From: a virus
IMG/VR virus record: IMGVR_UViG_3300028920_000027
Span: 64,001-128,000 of that record
Direction: 5' to 3' (one strand)
Length of the DNA: 64,000 nt
Position numbers and translations under genes: made by a program. The first letter of the stretch is position 1. Every line of letters begins with the position of its first letter. Positions 1 through 9,839 of this stretch are shown here, piece by piece. Below the pieces are notes generated by a model that saw only the letters and a program-made list of their open reading frames with translations, had not been told where the DNA came from and ran no database searches.

Positions 1-802
1 CCTGGGCTTCCTCTTCCTCGACAGGGCCTTCGCCTTCGCCCTCTCTCCCATCCTCTTCCTCAACAGGCTCTTCACCGGGGCCTTCACCCTCTCCCTCGTC
101 GCCGGTCTCGTCGGACAACAGGCTATCAACATCGATACCATCATCCCTGGAAGACCCTTCAGCGAGCTCAGGCTCAGCGAGCTCGACCTTCTTGGCTGGC
201 GGCGGTTTCTCCGGCTCTTCCGACTTGCCTTCACCCTCGACTCCTTTGAGGATATTCTCGTCGAAAATGACGGATAGCTCGTCCTCGTCGGGGACCCCGA
301 CCTTCCCTCGACCCTCGCCCGTTTCGTCGCCGTACTGCCCCCCTGCCTCGACCTCGACTTGGAGGAGCGATCGTTGAAGACGAATGGCACTCATTGTCTC
401 TTGAAGTTCCTGGTGCCGCATCTTGACGGCCTTTTCAACGAAGTCCACGTCAGCAATGGTATGCTTGATCTTCTCGATCTTCTGGTACTCATCCCTTTGG
501 AGCATAGCGATCATGGCGCGGCGATCTTCGATCGCTGGAAGACGACTGACTCGGTTGTCACTAACCAGCAGGTTCTGGGCGCCAATGTCGTAAGCCGTTT
601 GAAGCTCGCTCAACTGCATCGTCAACATGTGCTTTTGACGACTGAGCTTGGACCGCAGGACCCCCGCAGCGTTGAGAAAACCACGAGTCTTGCTGATTAT
701 CCCCATCAGGTACTCAGTACCTCTGGCAGCGGGATTAGGATCAAGCTCAATGACGTAGGTGTCAATCTGGTCGTAGATCTTTTGGGCTTGCTCGGGGGTC
801 AT
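1..802 (-). CDS. Hypothetical protein, helical N-terminus with long acidic Gly/Glu low-complexity tail; runs off left edge
   Basis: Manual translation from ATG 802 (MTPEQAQKIYDQIDTYVIELDPNP...EGEGEGPVEEEEAQ), open to the window edge; ATGA-coupled to stop of 799..1158; not in supplied ORF track. Confidence 0.8.
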   Translation of the reverse strand, partial: MTPEQAQKIYDQIDTYVIELDPNPAARGTEYLMGIISKTRGFLNAAGVLRSKLSRQKHMLTMQLSELQTAYDIGAQNLLVSDNRVSRLPAIEDRRAMIAMLQRDEYQKIEKIKHTIADVDFVEKAVKMRHQELQETMSAIRLQRSLLQVEVEAGGQYGDETGEGRGKVGVPDEDELSVIFDENILKGVEGEGKSEEPEKPPPAKKVELAEPELAEGSSRDDGIDVDSLLSDETGDEGEGEGPGEEPVEEEDGREGEGEGPVEEEEAQ

Positions 803-1158
803 GAGTCTGGATTCTCCTGCTTTTCCAACAGCTTCTTGATGCGAACGTCGTATCGCTCGCAGGCAGCCTTCAGCTCACCACTCGCCGTTTGCTTTGAGAC
901 CATCCGCCGGACTACTGCATCCAAGTAGACCTGGGTCACGATCCTCTTGCTGACGAGGCACGCTACGACCTCAGCTTCCTCGGGAGCCCACCCCTCTCGG
1001 TTTTCCCGCTGAGCCGTAGCCGACACCATGCTCCACCGCTTCTGACCGTTGGCGTCTCGGTCCTCGATGGAGAAACCAATTGTCACTCGACCGAAGCGGA
1101 TCTCACTCTCCAGCTGATTGAGCCGCTCCTGTGGTGTCTGTGGTGTCTTTGGCATCAC
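799..1158 (-). CDS. Hypothetical protein (119 aa)
   Basis: ORF track; GGTGTAAAGA motif just upstream; stop overlaps next ATG. Confidence 0.7.
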   Translation of the reverse strand: MMPKTPQTPQERLNQLESEIRFGRVTIGFSIEDRDANGQKRWSMVSATAQRENREGWAPEEAEVVACLVSKRIVTQVYLDAVVRRMVSKQTASGELKAACERYDVRIKKLLEKQENPDS

Positions 1159-3373
1159 CCCTCTTTACACCAATGAGGGCATCCGTGACCGCTTTCCCGA
1201 GCACGGAATTGCGAGATCGGACCTTGTTGTTCTCAATGGCCCGCTGGATGGCACGTTCTTCACCCAGAAGCCAAACCTGGCGTCGGGCGCGCGTCACACC
1301 CGTGTAAAGCAGGTTGCGCTGGAGCATCCAGCCCTGGCTGTTCACAATCGGCATGATCACCACATCGAACTCCGACCCTTGACTTTTGTGCACGGTGATC
1401 GCGTAGGCCAGCTGGAGCTTGTCAGGGGCTTCGCTGAAGGGGAAGGAAACGACGGCATCCCCACCGTGCTCCCCTGCCCCGTGTACGCGCAGGATCAACT
1501 GCTCCTTCACATAGTCGATGCCGTGCAGTTTGGCCATGTCACCGTTGTAGACCTCCCGCTGATAGTCGTTGCGGATGACCATCACACGGTCGCCTACCCG
1601 AAAAAGCATCTCCTCCTTAGTACCGGGTTTGCGGTACCGCCACTCCAAAGGTCCCGGGGGGTTGAGCCGTTCACGAAGAGCTTCATTGAGACTGTTTACC
1701 CCCACAGCACCTTGGTACTTCGGACTCAGCACCTGGAAGTTGGCATCGCGCTCCTTGAGACGAGCAGCCATGTTCACAATGACGGCACGGACCTTCTCTT
1801 CGTCGGGGATCCTTACGAATTTCAGCTCGCTCTCACCCTTAGGTTCACCCAATTCCGGCATCTCACCTCGATTGATGGCGTGACTGCCTCGAACAATAGC
1901 GCTCCGATGACTCTGCCGGAAGATCTGAGTCAGCCGCACTCGGGGAATGGCCTCACAGCTCACCAACTCCTTGAGTACGTTGCCCGCCCCCACACTCGGC
2001 AGCTGGGCATCGTCCCCCACCAAAACGACCATGGTGTCGGGTTGAAGCGCCGACAGCAGACGGTAGAGCAGTTCCTGGTCCACCATGCTGACCTCGTCAA
2101 CGATCACGGCATCACACTCAGTCAAGCGGTTATCAGCATTGTGCCCCCACTCCGAACTGTTGTACCGAAGCTTGCGATGGATCGTGAAGGCATCGTGCCC
2201 CACCACAGCGCCTAAGCGCTTAGCTGCGATGCCTGTGGGAGCCAGCAGCTCGAACCTCAGGTGAAAGGACTCCAGGAGGCGGACCAGGGCGCGCACGACC
2301 GTGGTCTTCCCCGTTCCAGGAAGCCCTGTCAGAACGAGAACTCGCTTGTCGGCAAGTTGCGAAACAGCTTCTCGTTGACTCTCAGACAGCTCGATGCGGT
2401 TGGATCGCTCGTAGTCCTCGATGAAGGGTTCGAGGTCAACCGTGATCTCAGAGGGGAGGATCATGCGAGCCAAGATCTTCGCAGAATCACGCTCGTACCG
2501 GTACAAGGCCGGAGCGTAGATGCCCGTCCCGCGCTCCAAAATCACAGCCCTTCGGTCCACCAGATCCTGGACCACATCACTGAAGTCGTGGTTCTCGAAC
2601 GACCGGGTACGCTCACGGGTCGTTATGTCTACGATGTGCCCCGTCAGCTCCCCCCGCCTCAGGAACAAGTGACCTTGGGTCGTAGCCTGCCACAGCGCCC
2701 ACAGCACTGCGCCCTCTCGACGACGAGGGTCGTCGGTTCCGATGTTGAGTTTCTGCCCCAGCTTGTCGACGGCCTCGAAGGTGAAGCCCTGGACTTCCAG
2801 AAGTCGATAGGGGTTCTGCTGAATGACAACGGGCGCGTCAGACCCAAAGTGCCCGATCACGGCGTCCACCATGTCGGCTCGAAGCCCAGCTTGCTGCATC
2901 AACAGAGCCGTACCCTTGGCCGCCAACATCTGAAGCCAGCCGATGACCGCGGCTTCCACCTGCTCAGGGGAAAACCCTGGGACGGGAACCTGTCGAACTA
3001 AGTCAGGGTCGTTCAGGGCCTCGAACACGTCGCCGTCATGTACCTCGACCCACTTGCGGCAAAACACTGAATCATGGCAGCCCTGCACACAGACATGAAG
3101 AAAGTGGGCTTGGTCTGATGGTCCGGATGCCCAGGGAGCCCAGCTGGTCACCGCGAGCTGGGACCCGTACTTGGGGTGCTTCTTCCACTCCCCCACCAGC
3201 TCCAAAGAGAGATCGGGCTCCAACCGAGAGACACCGTGAAGATTCCCTCGAAAGGTGACGCGCCTGGGCACCGTCCCGGCATCATCGGTGCCCCTTGCAT
3301 CAACATCGATCTGCCCAATCACGAATGCGCCCTCCTGGTACCGAACATCGACGATCCGCCCTCTCAACTTCAT
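1103..3373 (-). CDS. recD2: RecD2-like SF1B ATP-dependent helicase
   Basis: Walker A GLPGTGKTT, DEVSM, VGDDAQLPSVGAG, AYAITVHKSQGSEF, LYTGVTRAR; N-terminal OB/HhH region; start MKLRG at 3373 with GGAGA RBS. Confidence 0.93.
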   Translation of the reverse strand: MKLRGRIVDVRYQEGAFVIGQIDVDARGTDDAGTVPRRVTFRGNLHGVSRLEPDLSLELVGEWKKHPKYGSQLAVTSWAPWASGPSDQAHFLHVCVQGCHDSVFCRKWVEVHDGDVFEALNDPDLVRQVPVPGFSPEQVEAAVIGWLQMLAAKGTALLMQQAGLRADMVDAVIGHFGSDAPVVIQQNPYRLLEVQGFTFEAVDKLGQKLNIGTDDPRRREGAVLWALWQATTQGHLFLRRGELTGHIVDITTRERTRSFENHDFSDVVQDLVDRRAVILERGTGIYAPALYRYERDSAKILARMILPSEITVDLEPFIEDYERSNRIELSESQREAVSQLADKRVLVLTGLPGTGKTTVVRALVRLLESFHLRFELLAPTGIAAKRLGAVVGHDAFTIHRKLRYNSSEWGHNADNRLTECDAVIVDEVSMVDQELLYRLLSALQPDTMVVLVGDDAQLPSVGAGNVLKELVSCEAIPRVRLTQIFRQSHRSAIVRGSHAINRGEMPELGEPKGESELKFVRIPDEEKVRAVIVNMAARLKERDANFQVLSPKYQGAVGVNSLNEALRERLNPPGPLEWRYRKPGTKEEMLFRVGDRVMVIRNDYQREVYNGDMAKLHGIDYVKEQLILRVHGAGEHGGDAVVSFPFSEAPDKLQLAYAITVHKSQGSEFDVVIMPIVNSQGWMLQRNLLYTGVTRARRQVWLLGEERAIQRAIENNKVRSRNSVLGKAVTDALIGVKRGDAKDTTDTTGAAQSAGE

Positions 3374-3750
3374 TGCAAAGTCTCCAACAAAGGGTAGTGC
3401 TTGACTGTGATGGCCCGGACTGAACGCACGCGGGACCCGAGAACCGCAAACCACCCGTGTGGCCTCATCAACCAAAACTGCTCCCCCCATCGAGGATACT
3501 GAGAAGCCATGACATTCCAAAAGCCGAACCGAGGGTCATCCTCGAACAGGACCAGGGGCACAAGCGTCAAGTAGTCCTCCCCCCAGGCTGCAAACAAAGC
3601 GGACCCTTCGATCCGTCGCATGGGTGGGCTACCCATCTGCATGGCGGATTGGGCATTCCTGTACACTGGAACGTCGTAGTAGGGCCCGACGTTGACCAAG
3701 GGGCACCGCGCCCGCAGGTCATCCCGCAAGTCACGTAGCTGATGAGTCAC
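3370..3750 (-). CDS. Hypothetical protein
   Basis: Fills gap between ligA and recD2; TGA overlaps recD2 ATG; start (GTG 3750) uncertain. Confidence 0.55.
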   Translation of the reverse strand: MTHQLRDLRDDLRARCPLVNVGPYYDVPVYRNAQSAMQMGSPPMRRIEGSALFAAWGEDYLTLVPLVLFEDDPRFGFWNVMASQYPRWGEQFWLMRPHGWFAVLGSRVRSVRAITVKHYPLLETLQ

Positions 3751-3757
3751 CTGGCTT

Positions 3758-5716
3758 TCAACCACCAACCAACTCCAGGAACTCGCGCTCACCAATGCAC
3801 TTGGTACCGTAGGAACGGGCCTTCTTGGCCTTGCTTGTCATAGAGTTGGGGTTCGCCATCACGAGGTACGTCAGCCCCCTGGTCACCCCACTCTTGACAG
3901 AGGCACCCGCCTCGGATGCCAAATTCTCCAAGAGATCGCGCTTGTTCTCCATTGTGCCCGTGAAGCATACTGATTGCCCCGTCAGCGCGCCTTTGGGCCG
4001 GGGACGGATCCCAACCCCTGCCGCCAAAAGCCGCTCGATGAAACCACTGTGGCGCCGTAGCCAGCCGTACAGCGACTGAGCCCGAACGGGCCCTATTCCC
4101 GGAATGGCACTAAATTGGTCCAAGCCAGCCGCCTGCACCTTCTCCAGAGTGTCGTAGCCCGCGTTCACGACCAGCTCGATGGTGCTGACCGAGCACAGGG
4201 GGATGGCGAGGCATCCCAGCCACTTCTCCAGGGGAAGGGGCACGACAGCTCGCAAATTACCGTAGACCGTCTGGGCACTCTTTTCACCCATCCGGTCAAG
4301 GGCCGCCAAATCCGCCACGGAAAGGCCGTAAAGGGCGGGGACATCCCTAGCCAGGCCCTGCTGTACCAGCTTGTGAATGAGGGCCTCTCCGACCTCCAGG
4401 ATGTTGAGCTTCCCGATCCAGTTCCTCAAACGTCCCTCAGCTTGAGCAGGACATTCCCCGAGGTTCGGGCAGATCAGATGCTCCCCCTTGAACTCCAAAA
4501 GACCTCCGCACTCAGGGCACTTCTCGGGCACGGGGGCTGTGGTTCCGGTCCCACGCACCACAGCCGCGATGCGAGGAATCACATCGTTGGCGCGCACCAC
4601 GGCGACAACAGCCCCAACGTCAATACCCAGCCGTTGAATGTACTTCCAGTTGTAGAGGCTGGCTCGCTCAACACGGGTCCCTAGCAAACGCACCGGCTCC
4701 AGGATGGCAACGGGGGTAGCCAGCCCCTGTCCCCCGATTTGAACAATGATCTGCTTGAGCGAGGTATCTCGCCGCACGGGCGGGAACTTGAACGCCACCG
4801 CGCCCACGGGGTTGAGCCCATCAAATCCCAACTCTTCCTGATAGCCCAAGTCATCGAACTCGACCACCAACCCGTCAATGTCGTAGGGAAGCCCTTCCCG
4901 AATTGTCTGCTGGTAGTCGACCCAGATGTCATGAGGGCTCTTGATGCCCGGACGGAAAGCCGTGAGGTAGGCGCTGGGGGTCTCCATGCCTAGGACCTCC
5001 CGGATGTACAAGACCTGTCGGTACCGAGAAGAGTAGTCCCAGTCGGGGGTCTCCAGACCGTCGATCTGGTAAAATAGGACGGTCAGGTGCTTACACCCCT
5101 TCCCATCGTACCGACGGGCGATGCCAGACGCGCCATTGCGGGTGTTAGCGTAGTCGTCCTGGAAGTGCTCCCGGAAGTCGGCCTTCAAGATCACGATCTC
5201 GCCGCGTAAGGTGATCGTCATGGGGGTGTCCAACTCTTGCCGGACCCCCTTCATACGAGCCACGTTGGGCGTGATGTCCTCCCCTTCAAGTCCATCCCCT
5301 CGGGCCACCGCGCGCACCAGCTTCCCGTCCTCGTAGTCCACCGAGACGCTGATCCCGTCCAGCTTGTCGGTGACACAGAGCTTGTTGAGAGGCTCCTGGG
5401 GGTCCTGGGCAGGGTCCTGGGGGTCGGGGCGGGAGTGCTTGCGGATCCAAGCCGTCATCATCTCCTGCGACGACACCTTGCTCAAGGACCCCATGGGGAT
5501 GTGGTGCCGAACCTTAGGCCACTCGCTCATGGCGGGAGCCCCCACCGCGGCTAGCTGAGGGCTGTCGGAACGAATCTCAGACAGCTCGTCGACCATCCCG
5601 TCGTACTCCTCGTCCGACATGATGGCCACGCCATTGTAGTAAGCTTCCCGGGCTTCCTGGATGCGCTCTTCTAACTCGTCGGCACGAGCAGCCTGTACCT
5701 CGTCCAGGATGTCCAT
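3758..5716 (-). CDS. ligA: NAD-dependent DNA ligase
   Basis: KLDG adenylation motif, RGDG, DGLVV, VRANDVIP OB fold, C4 zinc finger, HhH, C-terminal BRCT (VCFTG...SVKSGVTRGLTYLV). Confidence 0.95.
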   Translation of the reverse strand: MDILDEVQAARADELEERIQEAREAYYNGVAIMSDEEYDGMVDELSEIRSDSPQLAAVGAPAMSEWPKVRHHIPMGSLSKVSSQEMMTAWIRKHSRPDPQDPAQDPQEPLNKLCVTDKLDGISVSVDYEDGKLVRAVARGDGLEGEDITPNVARMKGVRQELDTPMTITLRGEIVILKADFREHFQDDYANTRNGASGIARRYDGKGCKHLTVLFYQIDGLETPDWDYSSRYRQVLYIREVLGMETPSAYLTAFRPGIKSPHDIWVDYQQTIREGLPYDIDGLVVEFDDLGYQEELGFDGLNPVGAVAFKFPPVRRDTSLKQIIVQIGGQGLATPVAILEPVRLLGTRVERASLYNWKYIQRLGIDVGAVVAVVRANDVIPRIAAVVRGTGTTAPVPEKCPECGGLLEFKGEHLICPNLGECPAQAEGRLRNWIGKLNILEVGEALIHKLVQQGLARDVPALYGLSVADLAALDRMGEKSAQTVYGNLRAVVPLPLEKWLGCLAIPLCSVSTIELVVNAGYDTLEKVQAAGLDQFSAIPGIGPVRAQSLYGWLRRHSGFIERLLAAGVGIRPRPKGALTGQSVCFTGTMENKRDLLENLASEAGASVKSGVTRGLTYLVMANPNSMTSKAKKARSYGTKCIGEREFLELVGG

Positions 5717-5722
5717 CGCCGG

Positions 5723-5732
5723 ACTATACACC
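5723..5732 (-). promoter_or_regulatory. GGTG-TATAGT promoter motif (ligA, leaderless)
   Basis: 6 nt before ATG 5716. Confidence 0.75.
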
Positions 5733-5759
5733 GACTAGGAGGCTGGGTCCCTTCCAGGA

Positions 5760-7703
5760 TCACCTGATGGGGCAAGCGCCGCCCTGGCACTCTTCGATCT
5801 CGATATCACCGCCTTTGACGAGAGGATGCCAATGCTCGATTCCATCGTACCGCTGCCAGTACTCTTCCTCAGAAATCGCTTCGTAAGGCGGCTGCTCATA
5901 GCCATGCGTTGAAGGCAAACAGGAAGTGCTCTTGAGTTGAGGAACATATTCCTTCAAGCAGGACGCCAGCTCTTCACGATCAGTCTTGGGGTTAAAATTT
6001 AGCGTGGCTGAGACCGCATTGTCGGCCCACCACCTCTGAATGGTGGCCTGGCGCTCGAACTGCCCACGGATAGTCTCGTTTTCCTTGGTAGTCTGCCCGT
6101 TGGGTGCGCGCATGGGGAACGAGAAGACCCAGGTGTGTCCGGTTTGGTCGTAGACATCCTCTTCATACGGAACGCCAGCTTCCATCATAGCACCCGCCAT
6201 GGGGTCGTTCTTGGCGATTCGCGTGCGACGAACATAGAACGGCGAATGGGGGGCGTGGATACCGGGGCTGGACCCATTCAAAAGGCTAATGGTTCCGCTA
6301 GGTTTGACTGTCGTCACCGTGATGGGCTTGTTCACTTGTAGCTCAGCGGCATACTCATCGGCTTCACGCCGACACGTGCCGTACCATTCAGCAAGCTGCT
6401 CGGGAGTCCACGAGAAGTCGCAGATGCCACCCAAACCAACGCCGACCCGCATATTGGTGCGACCCACAGCGTTGCTCTTGGGGTCGAGCAGGGGAGTCAC
6501 TCGTTGGCGCATCGTGTAGCGAGTCACCAGACGGAAGACCACAACGGGGTCGACTCCCTTTTCGAACTTCGCAGGGAAGACCTCCGCGAGGTTACAGCTC
6601 TCCCGGTCATGAAGGGCTTGCTCCCCACACGGGTTGACCCCCATTGCACTGGGGTCCGTCTGACGCACGAGTGGCAGATTGAGGAGCCCCGGCTCCCCGT
6701 ACTCAATGTTGTCGTTGACCAAGGACATCCAATCGAAGTCCTTGATCTCATCCCAGTCCTGGAATGAGATCGAGTTGTTGCTCGTGTGTCGATGGGAAGC
6801 GACGGCCGCGTAGTCCTTCTTCGCATCGCGGAACTCCTGGTCATCCGAACGCCCCAGCGTGATGAGTGCCGACCGTCGGACGTTGCCACTCTTGATGCAC
6901 AGTCCGATGTGGTTGGTGATGTCCAAGCATTCGACGCTGTTGAGCTGCCGACCCTGGGCACCCCTGACGATAGACCAGACGGCGCGCAAAAGGTTCGTAA
7001 GAGGGCCGGGGCCGCACGCAATGCCGCCGAACGTCTTGATCAGGGCCCCGCGGGGGCGGATGTTGCTGACATCGACCACGACGTCTTCCCCGTTGAAAGC
7101 GGCATTGAGGACTCGGCGCAGAGACTCTACCCAACCCGACCGTGAATCGGCAGCATGGTAGACGGGAGTCGAGCCGTTGAGGAACTCCGGACCCTCAGGC
7201 TTCACCTCACCAACGTTCTCGTGCTGATCGCTGCACCACACGGCCATGCGAGCCCCAGAAACCTTGGCCGTTGGCAAGCTTTCGATGCTGGTCAAACCCA
7301 CCCCCACTCCCCCTCCGAGCATGAGCTGGTTCGCGGTCCAGCACCAGTCCTCTAGCTCGTAGAGCGTCGAATACCAGCAGTTGAATCGAGCGTCGGCCGG
7401 GATACCCTCAACCCCTCCGACCCACAAGCTTCGTCCTGGTGGCAACGCCTGCATTGTCCAGAACAAGTGGAACAGCAGCTCAGCCTCGCTACGAGTCACC
7501 CCCAGCACGAGATTAACGTTACCCTCTACCACCCGCCGAATTGTGTCGGTCCAGGTCTCCCCTTCCCGACTGTACTTCGTCAGGTAGGTGGACCTCGCCA
7601 GCAAAGAGTCGAATGGGTCACGACGCTTGCGGTAAGGAGCAAGGAAATCCTCGCTGAAACGGAACTCGGTGGTGGTGGTAGTAGGCTGCTGTGTAATCAA
7701 CAT
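5760..7703 (-). CDS. nrdJ: Class II (B12-dependent) ribonucleotide reductase, monomeric RTPR type
   Basis: LPPGRSLW, NC, NPCGE...SCNL, TTVKPSGT, C-terminal CQGGACPIR; start MLITQQ at 7703. Confidence 0.92.
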   Translation of the reverse strand: MLITQQPTTTTTEFRFSEDFLAPYRKRRDPFDSLLARSTYLTKYSREGETWTDTIRRVVEGNVNLVLGVTRSEAELLFHLFWTMQALPPGRSLWVGGVEGIPADARFNCWYSTLYELEDWCWTANQLMLGGGVGVGLTSIESLPTAKVSGARMAVWCSDQHENVGEVKPEGPEFLNGSTPVYHAADSRSGWVESLRRVLNAAFNGEDVVVDVSNIRPRGALIKTFGGIACGPGPLTNLLRAVWSIVRGAQGRQLNSVECLDITNHIGLCIKSGNVRRSALITLGRSDDQEFRDAKKDYAAVASHRHTSNNSISFQDWDEIKDFDWMSLVNDNIEYGEPGLLNLPLVRQTDPSAMGVNPCGEQALHDRESCNLAEVFPAKFEKGVDPVVVFRLVTRYTMRQRVTPLLDPKSNAVGRTNMRVGVGLGGICDFSWTPEQLAEWYGTCRREADEYAAELQVNKPITVTTVKPSGTISLLNGSSPGIHAPHSPFYVRRTRIAKNDPMAGAMMEAGVPYEEDVYDQTGHTWVFSFPMRAPNGQTTKENETIRGQFERQATIQRWWADNAVSATLNFNPKTDREELASCLKEYVPQLKSTSCLPSTHGYEQPPYEAISEEEYWQRYDGIEHWHPLVKGGDIEIEECQGGACPIR

Positions 7704-7716
7704 CGACTGGGGTCCT

Positions 7717-8667
7717 TCAGGTGGCGATGGCGAGCACGGCAAGCTCAACCTGAGTTCGCTTGGAAGGGGCCGTGCTTTTGACCAGGGCGTCCAATCTACA
7801 TAGATGCTGCATCTGCCCCAGCATCGCTTGAAGCGAGTGCTTTTGGGCTTGGGGGATCAGAGTTTTCTCGCATCGGAAACGATGCATCTCAAGCCGGTCG
7901 GCGATAGCTTGTGACCCGTCCCCACGGTCCAGCATCTGCCTGACGATGACCAACTTGGAAAGTGTGCGCATGAGCGCTGTGGTGATAATCACGGAAGCGC
8001 CATCACCCTTGTCCCCATAGAGCATAGCAACCTTGTTCATCGCCCTTACAGGCTGCTTCGAGTAGGCGTCTTCGACGATCTCGTAGCCCTCGGCAGAGGG
8101 CTGGGAAGCCACCACCAACTTCAACTGCTTCTCGGTGGCCATGCCTCCCTCCGCCAAGAGGGCCAGCTTGGACAGCTCGTTGTGGATGCACCCAAGGTCA
8201 TAGCCAACGTGGCGGATCAACATGGCAGCCAACATCTTGTCGATCTTAACCCCCACATACTTGGCCTCACGCATGATCACTTCGACCTGCTTCTCGTCCT
8301 CCCATGGCTTCGGCTGCTGGTGCTCGTACACCCGCCCCTTGGCAGTGGCTTCCTGCCACACCTTCGGCACCGAATCGCGCCGAAGTATTGCCACCAATAC
8401 GACCGAATCGTCCGAAGGGTCACGCTCCTTGAGGTATTGCTTCAGGTATGGACCATCGACCTTATGGGCGTTGTCGAGGATGATGACCCGCTCCGTCATG
8501 TCAAACGACATTGTCTCGCACTCGTCGACCAGCTCAGCATCAGACACCTTCGTCCCATCGAGCTGACTGACTTGACGGTCTTTCCAACTACGTGCCGTCC
8601 GAATGACGCGATCGAGCAAGAACTCTTCAGTCCCGAAAGCAACGACGAAGGGCACCTTCTTCGCCAT
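7717..8667 (-). CDS. holA: DNA polymerase III delta subunit-like (clamp loader)
   Basis: G-E-E-FLL N-terminus, RVIILDNA, GYDLGCIHNELSKL, collar helices; adjacent to delta-prime-like gene. Confidence 0.8.
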   Translation of the reverse strand: MAKKVPFVVAFGTEEFLLDRVIRTARSWKDRQVSQLDGTKVSDAELVDECETMSFDMTERVIILDNAHKVDGPYLKQYLKERDPSDDSVVLVAILRRDSVPKVWQEATAKGRVYEHQQPKPWEDEKQVEVIMREAKYVGVKIDKMLAAMLIRHVGYDLGCIHNELSKLALLAEGGMATEKQLKLVVASQPSAEGYEIVEDAYSKQPVRAMNKVAMLYGDKGDGASVIITTALMRTLSKLVIVRQMLDRGDGSQAIADRLEMHRFRCEKTLIPQAQKHSLQAMLGQMQHLCRLDALVKSTAPSKRTQVELAVLAIAT

Positions 8668-8670
8668 GCA

Positions 8671-9627
8671 TCACCCCATCAAGGCGCTCGCAAGCGCCGC
8701 CTTGAAGTGAAAGGAAAGAAGCGCTGTCTTGGGCAACGTGCCCAAGGCGCGAAGATGGGCTCGAACCTTGACCAGCTTCTCCAAGCCAAGCTTGTGCCGA
8801 AGCTCCCGGATGTCGCTCATCAGATCGAGGTTGGTCAACGACGCAGGCTCATAATCAACCAGGAAGAGGTCCTTGATGATGTGGTCGAGGAAGGCCAACC
8901 CTTCAGGTAGGTCGTCTGACTTCTTCTTCGAGTCAGCTTGAAGGGCGTCCGTCGTGTGAAAAGCGGTGACCAGATCACGATTTGCCGCCGCCCGCAGGAT
9001 GGTCACCATGCGGTCGCGCACCTGAATTCGAGAAGAAGCCCACAATCTGAAGGCTCGCCCCAGAGACCCGTCGGACAAGCGCGCACAGACCAGAGCCGCG
9101 TCAGCATCACTCCCTCGCTCACACAGCTTGCTGACGATGAATGCCTCACTGAGCCGGTTGTAGCGCACCAGCCCACAACGAGAGCGAATGGGCGGGAGAA
9201 CATCAGCAAGGCGTTCCGCAAGCAAGAAGAACCGTGTTGCGGGCGGGGGCTCCTCCAGAGTCTTGAGTAGGGCGTTGTCAGCCCCAGCCGACATCTGATC
9301 AGCTCCGTCGATGATGATGTAACGGTCCCGGGAAAGAGTGGGGTACATCTTGGCCTGGGCCAGGACCTCCCGAACCTCCTTGACCTTGAGGTCCTTGCCA
9401 GGCTCGTCGGGTTCGAGCAGTGCCAGGTCAGGATGGGTGCCAAGGCCCCCACCAGCGCCGATCATCACGGCGCTGGGCCCGAACGATTGTTTAGCGGCTT
9501 GCAGAACAGAGAAGCGGCGGCCGACCCCCGAAGTGCCCACGAGTAGCAAGGGGTCCTTCACCTTCCCCTCGATCACGCATTGGAGGGTGCGTAGACCCTC
9601 TTCCTGCTCATGTACTTCGCTCAGCAC
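8671..9627 (-). CDS. holB: DNA polymerase III delta-prime subunit-like (clamp loader)
   Basis: LLLVGTSGVGR, HPDL, IIDGADQMSAGADNALLKTLEEPP, LPPIRSRC. Confidence 0.9.
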   Translation of the reverse strand: MLSEVHEQEEGLRTLQCVIEGKVKDPLLLVGTSGVGRRFSVLQAAKQSFGPSAVMIGAGGGLGTHPDLALLEPDEPGKDLKVKEVREVLAQAKMYPTLSRDRYIIIDGADQMSAGADNALLKTLEEPPPATRFFLLAERLADVLPPIRSRCGLVRYNRLSEAFIVSKLCERGSDADAALVCARLSDGSLGRAFRLWASSRIQVRDRMVTILRAAANRDLVTAFHTTDALQADSKKKSDDLPEGLAFLDHIIKDLFLVDYEPASLTNLDLMSDIRELRHKLGLEKLVKVRAHLRALGTLPKTALLSFHFKAALASALMG

Positions 9628-9776
9628 TGCTCACCCAAAATAGGGGTCCTAGTGTCGGCTTCCACCGGCACCAACTGCATCACCACCAAGTAGTGTTGAC
9701 CACACCCCTGGCACACGACCCGGTGTGGCTCGCGCCCACTGCTCTGACAGACACTCTTACACCGAAGGCAGCGCAT
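9621..9776 (-). CDS. Small zinc-ribbon protein
   Basis: CLRC...CQGC; stop overlaps holB start; start uncertain. Confidence 0.5.
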   Translation of the reverse strand: MRCLRCKSVCQSSGREPHRVVCQGCGQHYLVVMQLVPVEADTRTPILGEQC

Positions 9777-9839
9777 CAGGGAGGCTGAGTTGTCAGATTT
9801 CGTGGCGTCCATGTCAAAGCTGTCCGACGTACCGGGCAA

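Noticed and set aside
9754-9763. GGTGTAAGAG as a promoter
   Set aside because: Inside a coding sequence (RCKS), lacks the final T and has no start codon at the usual spacing.
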